NCBI GenBank assembly: GCA_011772495.1
Contig: WVZL01000032.1
Coordinates: 13,893-77,892, forward strand
Length of the DNA stretch: 64,000 bases
Source: Candidatus Aminicenantes bacterium
Lineage (GTDB): Bacteria > Acidobacteriota > Aminicenantia > Aminicenantales > Aminicenantaceae
Direction of reading: 5' to 3'
The notes below the pieces were generated by a model. It saw only the letters and a list, made by a program, of their open reading frames with translations, did not search any database and was not told the origin of the DNA. A program made the position numbers and the translations under genes. Below are positions 29,318-38,613 of the stretch, piece by piece (within the stretch, counting starts at the first letter, position 1; every line of letters starts with the position of its first letter).

Positions 29318-29968
29318 TTGAGTTGTGACATGGAAAAGAAGCAGAGAGCCAGGAGCCGATATTTTCAGGAGATTGCCCACCAATTCTTGAAAAGCCGGGG
29401 AGCACCTTTTTTTCTTTCCTCCAAAGATCTCGACCTCATCACAGCCTGGGAGAAAATGGGTATTCCCCTGCGAGTGGCTTTGGAGGGAGTGGATAGGGCC
29501 TTCGAAAGTTACAGAGCAAAACCCACGGCGAGGCGAAAAGTCCTTTCTCTCGCTTTCTGTAATAATCAAGTGCTCAAAGCTTTTGAGCAGTACAAGGAAA
29601 GAAAAGTCGGCGCTCCCAAGAAAAGAAACGAAAGAGACAAGAAAAGGACTAGGATTAAAAATGAAGTCCAGAGATTTCTAAACGATCTTCCCCCGGCTCT
29701 GAGCTATTTGAATGATCTTTATGCTCAAGCGCTGATGGTCCTTTCCAGGAAAAAAATCACGGAGGAGGAATTGGAGCGACTAGAAGAAGAGATCGAAGAG
29801 CTCCTCTTTAAGAATTGTCCTCAGGAAGAACAAGAAAGGGTCAGAAAGGAATTTTCAGATAAATCTTCTCCTGGAGAGGAAGAGCTTATTTCCGTCTACC
29901 GGACAAAACTCGTCAAATCCTTGAGAGAGATGTATAAAATCCCTTATATCTCCTTCTTTTATTATTGA
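29318..29968 (+). CDS. Hypothetical protein with possible DnaD-like N-terminal domain
   Basis: LSSKDLDLITAWEKMGIPLRVALEGVDRAF..SLAFC pattern; embedded in the operon. Start may be ATG 29330. Confidence 0.7.
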   Translation: MSCDMEKKQRARSRYFQEIAHQFLKSRGAPFFLSSKDLDLITAWEKMGIPLRVALEGVDRAFESYRAKPTARRKVLSLAFCNNQVLKAFEQYKERKVGAPKKRNERDKKRTRIKNEVQRFLNDLPPALSYLNDLYAQALMVLSRKKITEEELERLEEEIEELLFKNCPQEEQERVRKEFSDKSSPGEEELISVYRTKLVKSLREMYKIPYISFFYY

Positions 29969-29982
29969 TCGCTGGTGAAGGA

Positions 29983-32037
29983 ATGGATGAACGAATCATT
30001 TCTCTGTTGAAGAAAAAAAGGGAAGGGCTCTCCTTCCAAAAACTCATCAAGGAGCTGAGCCTATCTTCCAGACAGAGACAGCAGCTGCGCAAGAGGCTGA
30101 AAGTCCTCGAAGGCAAGGGGATTCTTCGAAGGTATAAGAGCCGGTATTTCATCCCAGCCAAATCGAACTTGGTGGTAGGGAGATTCATTTCCTCTTTCGG
30201 GGGCTATGGGTTTGTGAGCCCTGAGGGAAAGCTGGAGGAAGATATTTTCATTCCCGCCCGCTTCTCAGGGAAGGCCCTTCAAGGCGACCTGGTGGAGGTT
30301 TTCTACAGAGAGAAAGGGAAAAAAGGGAAGCCCGAGGGCCGAGTGCTGAGGATAATCAAGAAAAGCAAAGCCAAGATCATTGGTGTATATGACGAGCGCT
30401 TCAGCCAGCCCTTCTTCCTTCCCTTAGATTCTCCCCAGGCTCAAGAAGTTCCGTTGGCTTCTAAGGAATCTTTTTCTCCTCTTCCAGGAATGATCGTGGA
30501 AGTGGATAGGGAGACTAGGAGATTGACCGGAATTTACGGAATGCCTGAAGAGCCGGGAGTAGATACCCGAGTCGTCATCGAGAGACACGGCCTTCGCTCG
30601 TCTTTTTCTGAAGGAGCAGCAGAAGAAGCTCGAGATGTTCCTGTTGAGGTCAGTCCAGAAGAGATTAAGGGAAGAGTCGATTACCGCAGCTGGAAGACAG
30701 TGACCATAGATGGAGAGAAGGCCCAAGATTTTGATGATGCCGTCAGTATCAAAAAGCTGAAACAAGGGCATTTTCTGTTGGGAGTCCACATTGCCGATGT
30801 TTCTCATTACATAAAACCCGACACCAGCCTCGATAAGGAGGCCTTGCAGAGAGGAACGAGTGTTTATTTCCCAGACCTGACGCTGCCCATGCTTCCTGAA
30901 GTCCTTTCCAACAATATTTGTAGTCTTCGACCCAAGCAGGTGAGGCTCACCTGCTCTGTTTTGTTGGAAATCGATAAAAACGGAGAGATCCTCAAGAGCG
31001 AATTTCATCCTTCGGTGATTCAAACCGCAGAGAGGATGACCTATAACTCTGTTTATAAGATATTCGAAGGAGATAAAAAAGAAAGGCAAAGATATGCTCA
31101 TCTGGTTCCAGATTTTTTATTGATGAAGGAGTTGGCTCGGGTTTTGAGGAGAAAAAGAAAAGCCGAGGGAAGTCTGGATTTTGACCTTGTAGAACCAGAG
31201 CTTGTTTATAAAGAAGAAAAACTCCACTCTGTGGAGCCCTTTAAGGCTAATGAGGCCCATCAAGTCATCGAGGAATTCATGGTGCTAGCGAATGAAGCTG
31301 TGGCTACCTATCTCGGTCAAAAGAAGATCCCGCTGATCTACCGGGTTCATCCCCGACCTGCTCTTCAAGACCTGGATAGACTCAGGACCATGCTCCTGCA
31401 TTTTGGGATATCCTTTCCTCGCGCCAAGGATGCGGAATCTTATGATTTACAGCGGGCAATAAAGTCTGCTGAAGGGAAGCCCGAGGAGAAATTCATCAAC
31501 CTGCAGGTTCTGAAGTCCTTAAAGCTGGCTGTCTACACTGAAGAAAGACTGGGACATTATGGTCTGGCCAAGAAGGAGTATACCCATTTTACTTCTCCTA
31601 TCCGGCGCTATCCGGATCTTGTTGTTCATCGAATATTGAAGAATGCCCTGAAAAAAGACAAAGCTGAGATGCCTGAGCTTTCTTCCGTAGCTCTCCATTC
31701 CAGTCATCAAGAACGAGAAGCAGAGGCCGCCGAAAAGGAGTTGATAGAATGGCGCATATTACGGTTATTGCAGGAAAAGCTCGGCGAGGAATTGGAGGGG
31801 ATCATCGTCGGTATTTCCAGGGCTGGATTGGCAGTTGAGTTGGATAATTATTTTGTCGATGGCCTCATTTCTTATGCTGATTTAAAGAATGATTATTATT
31901 CCCGCAAGTCTGACAAAACTATAGTCGGAAGGAGGACAGGAGAGAAATATGAGTTGGGGGACAGGGTCAAAGTGATTCTCGCTTCCGTGAATCCTCTCTT
32001 GAGAAGGATAAATTTGACCTTAAGCCAAGGAAATTGA
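29983..32037 (+). CDS. rnr: Ribonuclease R
   Basis: Cold-shock GYGFV, RNB motifs TIDGEKAQDFDDAVS, IEEFMVLANE, HFTSPIRRYPDL, S1 domain. ATG 29983 preferred over TTG 29965. Confidence 0.96.
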   Translation: MDERIISLLKKKREGLSFQKLIKELSLSSRQRQQLRKRLKVLEGKGILRRYKSRYFIPAKSNLVVGRFISSFGGYGFVSPEGKLEEDIFIPARFSGKALQGDLVEVFYREKGKKGKPEGRVLRIIKKSKAKIIGVYDERFSQPFFLPLDSPQAQEVPLASKESFSPLPGMIVEVDRETRRLTGIYGMPEEPGVDTRVVIERHGLRSSFSEGAAEEARDVPVEVSPEEIKGRVDYRSWKTVTIDGEKAQDFDDAVSIKKLKQGHFLLGVHIADVSHYIKPDTSLDKEALQRGTSVYFPDLTLPMLPEVLSNNICSLRPKQVRLTCSVLLEIDKNGEILKSEFHPSVIQTAERMTYNSVYKIFEGDKKERQRYAHLVPDFLLMKELARVLRRKRKAEGSLDFDLVEPELVYKEEKLHSVEPFKANEAHQVIEEFMVLANEAVATYLGQKKIPLIYRVHPRPALQDLDRLRTMLLHFGISFPRAKDAESYDLQRAIKSAEGKPEEKFINLQVLKSLKLAVYTEERLGHYGLAKKEYTHFTSPIRRYPDLVVHRILKNALKKDKAEMPELSSVALHSSHQEREAEAAEKELIEWRILRLLQEKLGEELEGIIVGISRAGLAVELDNYFVDGLISYADLKNDYYSRKSDKTIVGRRTGEKYELGDRVKVILASVNPLLRRINLTLSQGN

Positions 32038-33134
32038 AGAAAAAGAACCCGATGGAGACAAAGTGTTTTGATGCTCTGGTCGACTTCTCTGCTGTCGATC
32101 ATAAAAAAATCCTTGATGTTTTTCTCCGGGTGAAGACCGAAGGAACCTCGGCCGCTGTTCAATTTTATGGAAAGGCTGAGAAGGGGGATCTATTTTTTGT
32201 CCGGGTGTGTGCGAGCCGGATTCTTCATCTCAAATGGAAGGATAAATTCGAAATCAAGAAAAAGAGAGAGGGGACGCTTTGGGGAAAGGGTATCGTCCTC
32301 AATCCCGTCTCTTCGGAAGTCAGAGGGAAAAAAGCCGCCAAGAGAATGAGCTTCCTAGAGCTTCTGCGAGGGGATAAAAAAGAGATGCTGGCCGCCCTTG
32401 CTCAAGAGAGAGGTATTCAGGGTCTAAGAGAAAGAGAGGTTATCAATTTTTGCAGGTTTACCAAAAGTTCTCTCAGACGTGCTTGCCAAGAATTAGAACA
32501 GGAAGGGAAGGTAAGGATTCTGTCTTTTTCACCTCTTTTCCTGGTCGATCAGCCGAGCCTTGTTTTCCTTTCCGAAAAGATTGTTTCCTATCTTGAGCAA
32601 TATCACCAGAAGCATCCCGAACATAGCGGTGTGTCTAAGGAGAAAATCAAAAAAAGGTACGACCTTCACCCCAGGATTCTCTCCTTATCCTTAAAAATCC
32701 TGGAAAAGAAAGGTCTGGTAGAACAAAGAGGAGATGAACTCGCTCTAGCCAAGTTTCAAAGGGCTCCCACTGCCGCTGAAGAAAATATCCTACAAGAACT
32801 TGAAAAAATGTGTTTCCAAGGAGAATTCCGTTCTGTTTCCATGAAGAATCTCCAACAGAGATTCCGTCTCTCCTCCAAAAGACTCAACATGCTCCTTGCC
32901 CTTCTTATCGAGAGGGAAAAGATCGTCCAGAGCAAAGATGGTTTCTTCCTTCATTCCCGGTGGCTGGAAGAAATCATATCCAAGCTCAAGGAGCACAGCG
33001 GAAAAGAGTTGACTGTCTCTGATTTTAAAAAGATAACCGGGTTGAGCCGAAAATACGCTATACCCCTGTTGGAATTACTGGATCAAATGGGTGTCACCAG
33101 AAGAATAAGCCCTTCCCGGCGGGTGATAGGGTAA
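32034..33134 (+). CDS. SelB C-terminal region protein (domain III-like plus winged helices, no GTPase domain)
   Basis: GKGIVLNP (end of SelB domain III), YHQKHP..GVSKE (WH3-like), FKKITGLSRKYAIPLLELLDQMGVTRR (SECIS-binding WH4). No GHVDHGKT P-loop. Confidence 0.8.
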   Translation: MKKKNPMETKCFDALVDFSAVDHKKILDVFLRVKTEGTSAAVQFYGKAEKGDLFFVRVCASRILHLKWKDKFEIKKKREGTLWGKGIVLNPVSSEVRGKKAAKRMSFLELLRGDKKEMLAALAQERGIQGLREREVINFCRFTKSSLRRACQELEQEGKVRILSFSPLFLVDQPSLVFLSEKIVSYLEQYHQKHPEHSGVSKEKIKKRYDLHPRILSLSLKILEKKGLVEQRGDELALAKFQRAPTAAEENILQELEKMCFQGEFRSVSMKNLQQRFRLSSKRLNMLLALLIEREKIVQSKDGFFLHSRWLEEIISKLKEHSGKELTVSDFKKITGLSRKYAIPLLELLDQMGVTRRISPSRRVIG

Positions 33135-33138
33135 GGAT

Positions 33139-35211
33139 TTATTTTTTCTTTATATCTTTTTTTTGTTTGTCCAAGGCTGTTTTCAGTTTTTCGGCAAAGA
33201 GGCCGAAAGCAGGCTCTTCTGAGACAGCTGGTTTCTTGGGAACTTCCTTTTTCTCTTTTGGCGGGAGTTCTACCTTTACTTCTTCCCTTTTTTCTTTAAC
33301 GGCTGTCAGCGCTTCTAGTTCCGATTCCTCGATCTCTATCTTTTCTTCAATAAACCTCTTCTCTCTGGTTCTCAGGCGAGGACCTCGTTCCCGCTCCATT
33401 TTCTGTCTTTTCTTTTTCGAAATTTTGACTTTCTCTTTTTCGGGAGGTTCCTCGAGCGGAATTCTTTCATCGATTGCGGGCTCTCGGACTTCGGGGGCAA
33501 CCTCTTCTGCCTTGACCTCCATGGTCGCTGGAGGCATCTCTTCTTCGAGAGGTGCTTCAACCGGAATTTCTTTTTCTGGGGGAATCTCTTTGGCTTCTAT
33601 AACAGGAGGTGCTTCAACTGGAACTTCAGGAGCTGCCTCAGGAATTTCCTCTTCTTCGATTTCTATTTTTTCTTGATAGAAGAAAACTCCCTTCTTTTTG
33701 CTCGATTTTTTGAATTCAGGTGAATTGAGGAGAGTTATTTCCACATCTTCCTGAGAAGTCCGTTTTAAAATGTCGACGAGATGGTAGGCCCGGAGAGAAT
33801 GGAGGGCATAATTATCACCCTCCAGACCAAAATTCTTATAGATGAGAATGAGGAGCTCTCTTAAGTTCGATTTATTTCTTTGGGCATACAGGGAAGCAAG
33901 CTGGGAGAAGGTCTCTTTTTCAATATGAATGATCTTATTGGGCAGCGAATAAGAGAAAAGCTCTTCTCCTGTTTCTTCGAACTTATCTTCTTTGGGGTCA
34001 TAAGTGATTTTGAACACCGAGAGTTTCTTTTTTGATTTTTTGAGCCAAAAATTGAATTGGTTTCCTTCCTTGCGTTCCAGAGTTAAACTTGCTCCCTGAG
34101 GAACATTATTTTGCTCGTAAAAGTCCTTCAAGCCCAGAAAGAAGCCCTGAGTTGGGTAGAAGTGAAGAGTATAATCTTTTCCGCCCTCGACATCAGTGAA
34201 GACGTATTCGCGGCAAGAGGAGAGTTCTCTGGTCAGGGCCTTGGGTGTTTTTATGCCCCCGGAGAAGATTTCCCTCCAGGTGAGATAGATCTTTAAAGAA
34301 TCCGTTTGGAGCTGGACTTTTTCAGGCTTCTCTTCTTCTTCAAAGGCGGGAAGTTTGGCGGAAGGCGCTGAGAGAGGAAGTCCAGAGAGCAGAGAATTCA
34401 GGTATTTCTTCAAATGCCATTTTCCCCAGCTGTATGGCGCCACAAAAACAAAATCCTTTTTATGTTTTTTTTCAAGAACATGGTTCAGGCTGAGGCAGTG
34501 GATTTCAAAATGATCATCCGAAGGGCTCAAGCCGAAAAGCTTATTGACTAAGGCTGTTGTTTCAACCGATTTCTTGTTCTCCAAAAGATGCTTTTCGATT
34601 TCTTTTATTTTTTTGTCTTTGATTTCGACTTGATTCTCTGCCAACTGCCAATATTGATTCCAATTTATAAATTTGGAAGATTTGGAAAGGGCAAGCTTCA
34701 GGTTTTTTTCTAGAGTCTTTATGTCCCGGTCTGTCATGGGAAGCTCATCGAGTCTGGGGTCTTCCTCTTTTTTCATTTTTTCCGGGACTTTGGCTTTACC
34801 TTCCAGGTTGCTGGGCAGCAAGACTTGGGTCTTCGTTTTCTTCATGTAATCGATGTATTTCCTGAAAAGTCCTCCCCCTGCATAGTCCACCTCCAGCATC
34901 TCACAGTTGAAATTTTCATAAGCTTCTTTATTGATAACCTTTAACACTATAGCGCCTTGAAAGTGCTGGGCTCCTTTGCTGCTTACCAACAGAGGTTCAT
35001 TGTATTCTTTATAAATGGAATCTCCGATCTCGTAGGAAGATTCAGGGTCATATTTCTTGACTTCTTCGCTCAACTGGTCAGCGCTTTTATAATAAGCAAG
35101 CTTTTTAGTCAGCTCGTCAAGGAGAAGGGGACGCGGTTTCTTGCGCAGCTCCTTTTCTAGAAAAGCAACGTCTTTTTCAGTGACTTTGGTGCGGGTGAGT
35201 TTGGCTTCCAT
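33139..35211 (-). CDS. Large hypothetical protein with acidic Glu/Pro-rich C-terminal tail
   Basis: 690-aa ORF starting 2 nt after the arcB stop. Confidence 0.85.
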   Translation of the reverse strand: MEAKLTRTKVTEKDVAFLEKELRKKPRPLLLDELTKKLAYYKSADQLSEEVKKYDPESSYEIGDSIYKEYNEPLLVSSKGAQHFQGAIVLKVINKEAYENFNCEMLEVDYAGGGLFRKYIDYMKKTKTQVLLPSNLEGKAKVPEKMKKEEDPRLDELPMTDRDIKTLEKNLKLALSKSSKFINWNQYWQLAENQVEIKDKKIKEIEKHLLENKKSVETTALVNKLFGLSPSDDHFEIHCLSLNHVLEKKHKKDFVFVAPYSWGKWHLKKYLNSLLSGLPLSAPSAKLPAFEEEEKPEKVQLQTDSLKIYLTWREIFSGGIKTPKALTRELSSCREYVFTDVEGGKDYTLHFYPTQGFFLGLKDFYEQNNVPQGASLTLERKEGNQFNFWLKKSKKKLSVFKITYDPKEDKFEETGEELFSYSLPNKIIHIEKETFSQLASLYAQRNKSNLRELLILIYKNFGLEGDNYALHSLRAYHLVDILKRTSQEDVEITLLNSPEFKKSSKKKGVFFYQEKIEIEEEEIPEAAPEVPVEAPPVIEAKEIPPEKEIPVEAPLEEEMPPATMEVKAEEVAPEVREPAIDERIPLEEPPEKEKVKISKKKRQKMERERGPRLRTREKRFIEEKIEIEESELEALTAVKEKREEVKVELPPKEKKEVPKKPAVSEEPAFGLFAEKLKTALDKQKKDIKKK

Positions 35212-35213
35212 TC

Positions 35214-36137
35214 CTAACTTTTTTTCCTCATTAATAATAGCATAATAGCTTTTTGAACATGAAGCCTATTTTCTGCCTGATCAAAAACTACGGATTGGGA
35301 AGAATTGATGACTTCAGCGGTGACTTCTTCTCCCCGGTGAGCGGGAAGACAATGCATAAAAAAGGCGTCGGGTTTGGCTTTGGCCATTAAGGTCTTGTTG
35401 ACTTGGAAGGGAGTGAAGATTTTGGCTCTTTCCTCTTTTTCTTCTTCTTGCCCCATGGAAGCCCAAACATCGGTGTATACAGCCGCAGCTTCTTGAACAG
35501 CTTCCTCAGGATCATGAGTCAGGGTGAAAGTGCTTCCTGTTTCTTTTCCGTCTTGTTCAACAATTTTCAGGATTTCCTCTTTTGGTTCGTATCCCGGAGG
35601 AGTGGCCACAGCTATCCGGGTTCCCGTTTTAGCAGCTGCTAGAAGAAGGCTATGGCAGACGTTATTGCCGTCTCCAAGGTAAGCCAATTTGAGATTGGTC
35701 AAATCTATTCGCTTCTCCTTGAGAGTGAAAAAATCGGCCATGGCCTGGCAGGGATGCAAGAGGTCGGTTAAGCCGTTGATGACCGGAATAGCACTGCTCT
35801 CGGCTAGATCAAGAACATCTTGATGATCAAAAGTCCTGATCATAACCCCATCAATCCAGCGCTCCAGGTTCTGGCCCACATCATGGATGCTCTCTCTGGT
35901 GCCCATTTGGATATCTGAAGGGCCTAGGTATACAGCCTCTCCTCCCAGCTGGAGCATTCCGACTTCAAAAGTCATGCGGGTTCGCAGAGAGGGCTTCTGG
36001 AATATCATGGCCAGGATTTTCCTGTTGAGTTTATTGCGAAATCGCTGAGGGTGAGTCTTTATCTCCTGGGTCAAGTCTAGGACCTGACTGAATTCATAAA
36101 GAGTGAGGTCGTGAATGGAGATAAAATCTTCGAGCAT
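35214..36137 (-). CDS. arcB: Ornithine carbamoyltransferase (probably catabolic ArcB)
   Basis: KPSLRTR, HPCQ, DVWASMG, HCLPAHRG, QAENRLH; adjacent to carbamate kinase. Confidence 0.92.
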   Translation of the reverse strand: MLEDFISIHDLTLYEFSQVLDLTQEIKTHPQRFRNKLNRKILAMIFQKPSLRTRMTFEVGMLQLGGEAVYLGPSDIQMGTRESIHDVGQNLERWIDGVMIRTFDHQDVLDLAESSAIPVINGLTDLLHPCQAMADFFTLKEKRIDLTNLKLAYLGDGNNVCHSLLLAAAKTGTRIAVATPPGYEPKEEILKIVEQDGKETGSTFTLTHDPEEAVQEAAAVYTDVWASMGQEEEKEERAKIFTPFQVNKTLMAKAKPDAFFMHCLPAHRGEEVTAEVINSSQSVVFDQAENRLHVQKAIMLLLMRKKS

Positions 36138-36149
36138 TCTTTCCTCCAG

Positions 36150-37100
36150 TTAAGGACTCGGCCTGATTCTCGTTCCCGCCCGATTGATCAAGGCTGCTTT
36201 AAGGTAATTGGCGGAGGTGATCAGAACTTCTTTCCCTCTATTCTGGATGTACTCGATGGCGGCTTGAATCTTGGGTCCCATGGAGCCGGGGGGAAACTGA
36301 CCTTGAGCCAGGTATTCTTGAGCCTGTTCGACAGTCATGGCAGAAATTCCTTCTTGATCGGATTTACCGAAATTCAAATAGATTTGATCAATATTAGTCA
36401 AGTTGATAAAAAGATCGGCTTTGGCCTCTTGGGCAATAAGGCTAGCAGCATAGTCCTTATCGATGACAGCCTCTACTCCTTGGAAAAGACCGTTGGTGTT
36501 GATGATAACAGGAATTCCTCCTCCTCCGGCAGTGATAACAATTTTTCCAGATTGGACCAAATCTCTGATCACGTATTTGGGAACAACATCGATGGGTTTA
36601 GGGGAAGGAACGACTCGGCGATAGCCTCTCCCTGAATCCTCGATGATTTTGCATTTTTTCTCACGGGCGATGATCTGAGCCCTGTATCTTGAATAAAAGG
36701 GTCCCACTGGCTTAGTCGGGTTTTCAAAGGCCGGGTCATTCCTGTCCACAACAACTTGAGTGACGAGGGTGGCAACTTCTTTATCCACCGAGTTTTTCCG
36801 AAGCTCATTGATGATGGCTTTCTCGAGCATATATCCCATGCTCCCTTCGGTCATGGCATCACAGACTTCAAGAGAAAAAGGGGGAACCTTGGTCACCGAT
36901 TCCTCCATCTGGATGAGGAGATTGCCAACCTGAGGGCCGTTGCCATGGACGATGATCAAGTCGTATCCTTTTCTCACCACATGCACCATGAGCTCAGATG
37001 CTTTTTGGGCGTTTTTCATCTGCTCTGATTGGAGACCTCTCTGGTCTTCAGGAAGGATGGCATTTCCCCCAAAAGCAATCAGGGCAATTTTTCTTTTCAT
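36150..37100 (-). CDS. arcC: Carbamate kinase
   Basis: FGGNA, HGNGPQVG, PTKPVGPFY, GGGGIPV, EAVIDKD, GSMGPKI. Confidence 0.97.
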   Translation of the reverse strand: MKRKIALIAFGGNAILPEDQRGLQSEQMKNAQKASELMVHVVRKGYDLIIVHGNGPQVGNLLIQMEESVTKVPPFSLEVCDAMTEGSMGYMLEKAIINELRKNSVDKEVATLVTQVVVDRNDPAFENPTKPVGPFYSRYRAQIIAREKKCKIIEDSGRGYRRVVPSPKPIDVVPKYVIRDLVQSGKIVITAGGGGIPVIINTNGLFQGVEAVIDKDYAASLIAQEAKADLFINLTNIDQIYLNFGKSDQEGISAMTVEQAQEYLAQGQFPPGSMGPKIQAAIEYIQNRGKEVLITSANYLKAALINRAGTRIRPSP

Positions 37101-38404
37101 CAGAAGTCTCTGAGTACCTCCTCCAGATTTGGCGACCCAATTTCCTCAAGGTCATACCGAATGTGGAGTATTTTCTTGTTTGTTTTGATCAAGCGACTGA
37201 GGTCGATCGGGGTCGCGCTGATGATAAGGTCGCAGTCAGCTTTATTGATAGTCTGGGCCAGTTCGTCGGTTTGTTCTTTTCCATAGCCCATAGCTGGAAG
37301 GACTTTATCCAGATGAGTGTATTTTTGGAACGTTTTGGCAATGCTTCCTACAGCAAAGGGCCGGGGGTCGATAATCTCTGCCGCCCCGTATTTGGTAGCA
37401 GCAATGACCCCGGCTCCGTAGGGCATTTCTCCGTGGGTCAAGGTGGGTCCATCTTCGATGACCAAGACTTTTTTATCGACGATTTCCTTTTCATCAGGGA
37501 CAAAGACCGGAGAATTGGCCCTAATGATGGTTGCTTTGGGATTGACCTGATGAATGTTATCGATCACGATATCGATTTTCTCTTTCTCAGCGGTATCAAT
37601 CTTGTTGATGACGAAGACCTGAGCTCTCCTGAAATTCGTCTCTCCCGGATGATACAGGAGTTCGTGCCCTGGGCGATGAGGATCAACAACGACTATCTCT
37701 AGGTTTGAATCGTAGAAGGAGAAATCATTATTTCCCCCGTCCCAGATAATGACCTCTGCTTCTTTTTCGGCTTCTTCGAGAATAGCTTGGTAATCTACTC
37801 CAGCATAGACGGGAATTCCATTCTGGATATGAGGTTCATACTCTTCCCTCTCTTCGATCGTGCATTCATACTTATCCAGATCTTCAAAATCAGCAAAACG
37901 CTGGACCTTCTGTTTGGCCAGGTCTCCGTAGGGCATGGGGTGGCGGATGATGACGGCCTTCTTCCTTTTATTCTTGAGAACCTGGGAGACTTTTCGGCTT
38001 GTTTGGCTCTTCCCGCATCCTGTCCTGACTGCGCAGACAGAAATAACAGGGAGTTTACTTTTAAGCATAGTCTCTTCTGGGCCCAGGAGGATAAAAGATG
38101 CTCCAGCCCCGAGAACCTCGGAAGCTTTGTGCATGACGTACTCATGGGAGACATCGCTGTAAGAAAAGTAGACCTCATAGGCCTGTTGTTTTTTGATGAG
38201 AGAGGCAATCTCCTGTTCGGGATGTATTGGGATTCCTTCTGGATACAATTTCCCCGCCAGAGAAGACGGATACTTTCTGTCTTCAATGTCAGGAATCTGG
38301 GTGGCTGTAAAGGCTACCACCTGATATTGTTCGTTGTCTCGAAAGTAGACATTGAAATTGTGAAAATCTCTTCCAGCAGCTCCCATGATGATGACTTTCT
38401 TCAT
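37100..38404 (-). CDS. arcE: P-loop protein of the COG2403/cDPG-synthetase-like family; likely arginine synthetase ArcE
   Basis: MGAAGRDFHNFN, AVRTGCGKSQT P-loop, RHPMPYG, TIEEREEYEPH, WDGGNND, EDGPTLTHG. 1-nt overlap with arcC. Confidence 0.75.
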   Translation of the reverse strand: MKKVIIMGAAGRDFHNFNVYFRDNEQYQVVAFTATQIPDIEDRKYPSSLAGKLYPEGIPIHPEQEIASLIKKQQAYEVYFSYSDVSHEYVMHKASEVLGAGASFILLGPEETMLKSKLPVISVCAVRTGCGKSQTSRKVSQVLKNKRKKAVIIRHPMPYGDLAKQKVQRFADFEDLDKYECTIEEREEYEPHIQNGIPVYAGVDYQAILEEAEKEAEVIIWDGGNNDFSFYDSNLEIVVVDPHRPGHELLYHPGETNFRRAQVFVINKIDTAEKEKIDIVIDNIHQVNPKATIIRANSPVFVPDEKEIVDKKVLVIEDGPTLTHGEMPYGAGVIAATKYGAAEIIDPRPFAVGSIAKTFQKYTHLDKVLPAMGYGKEQTDELAQTINKADCDLIISATPIDLSRLIKTNKKILHIRYDLEEIGSPNLEEVLRDF

Positions 38405-38463
38405 GCTTGCATCTCCTTTTTTTTGTTCCAGAAGCCTACATTTATATTATTTCCAGAAGGTTG

Positions 38464-38492
38464 AGTATAATACAGGGATACCAAATATGCAA
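38464..38492 (-). promoter_or_regulatory. Putative sigma70 promoter of the arc operon
   Basis: Minus strand TTGCAT, 17-bp spacer, TATACT. A TTGACA also lies upstream at 38505-38510. Confidence 0.5.
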
Positions 38493-38613
38493 ACACGGCG
38501 AGCCTGTCAACTTCTGACGCAGCCCAAGATAGGTGCGGCCTAGGATAGGGATGAAAAATGGAGCTGTTCCCATTCTCTAGGAAAAGTTTGGATGTTGGCT
38601 GCTTGTCTTTACC

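Noticed and set aside
37100..38404. Annotation as cyclic 2,3-diphosphoglycerate synthetase
   Set aside because: No 2-phosphoglycerate kinase is nearby, and coupling to arcC/arcB fits arginine metabolism better. It is not excluded without phylogeny.
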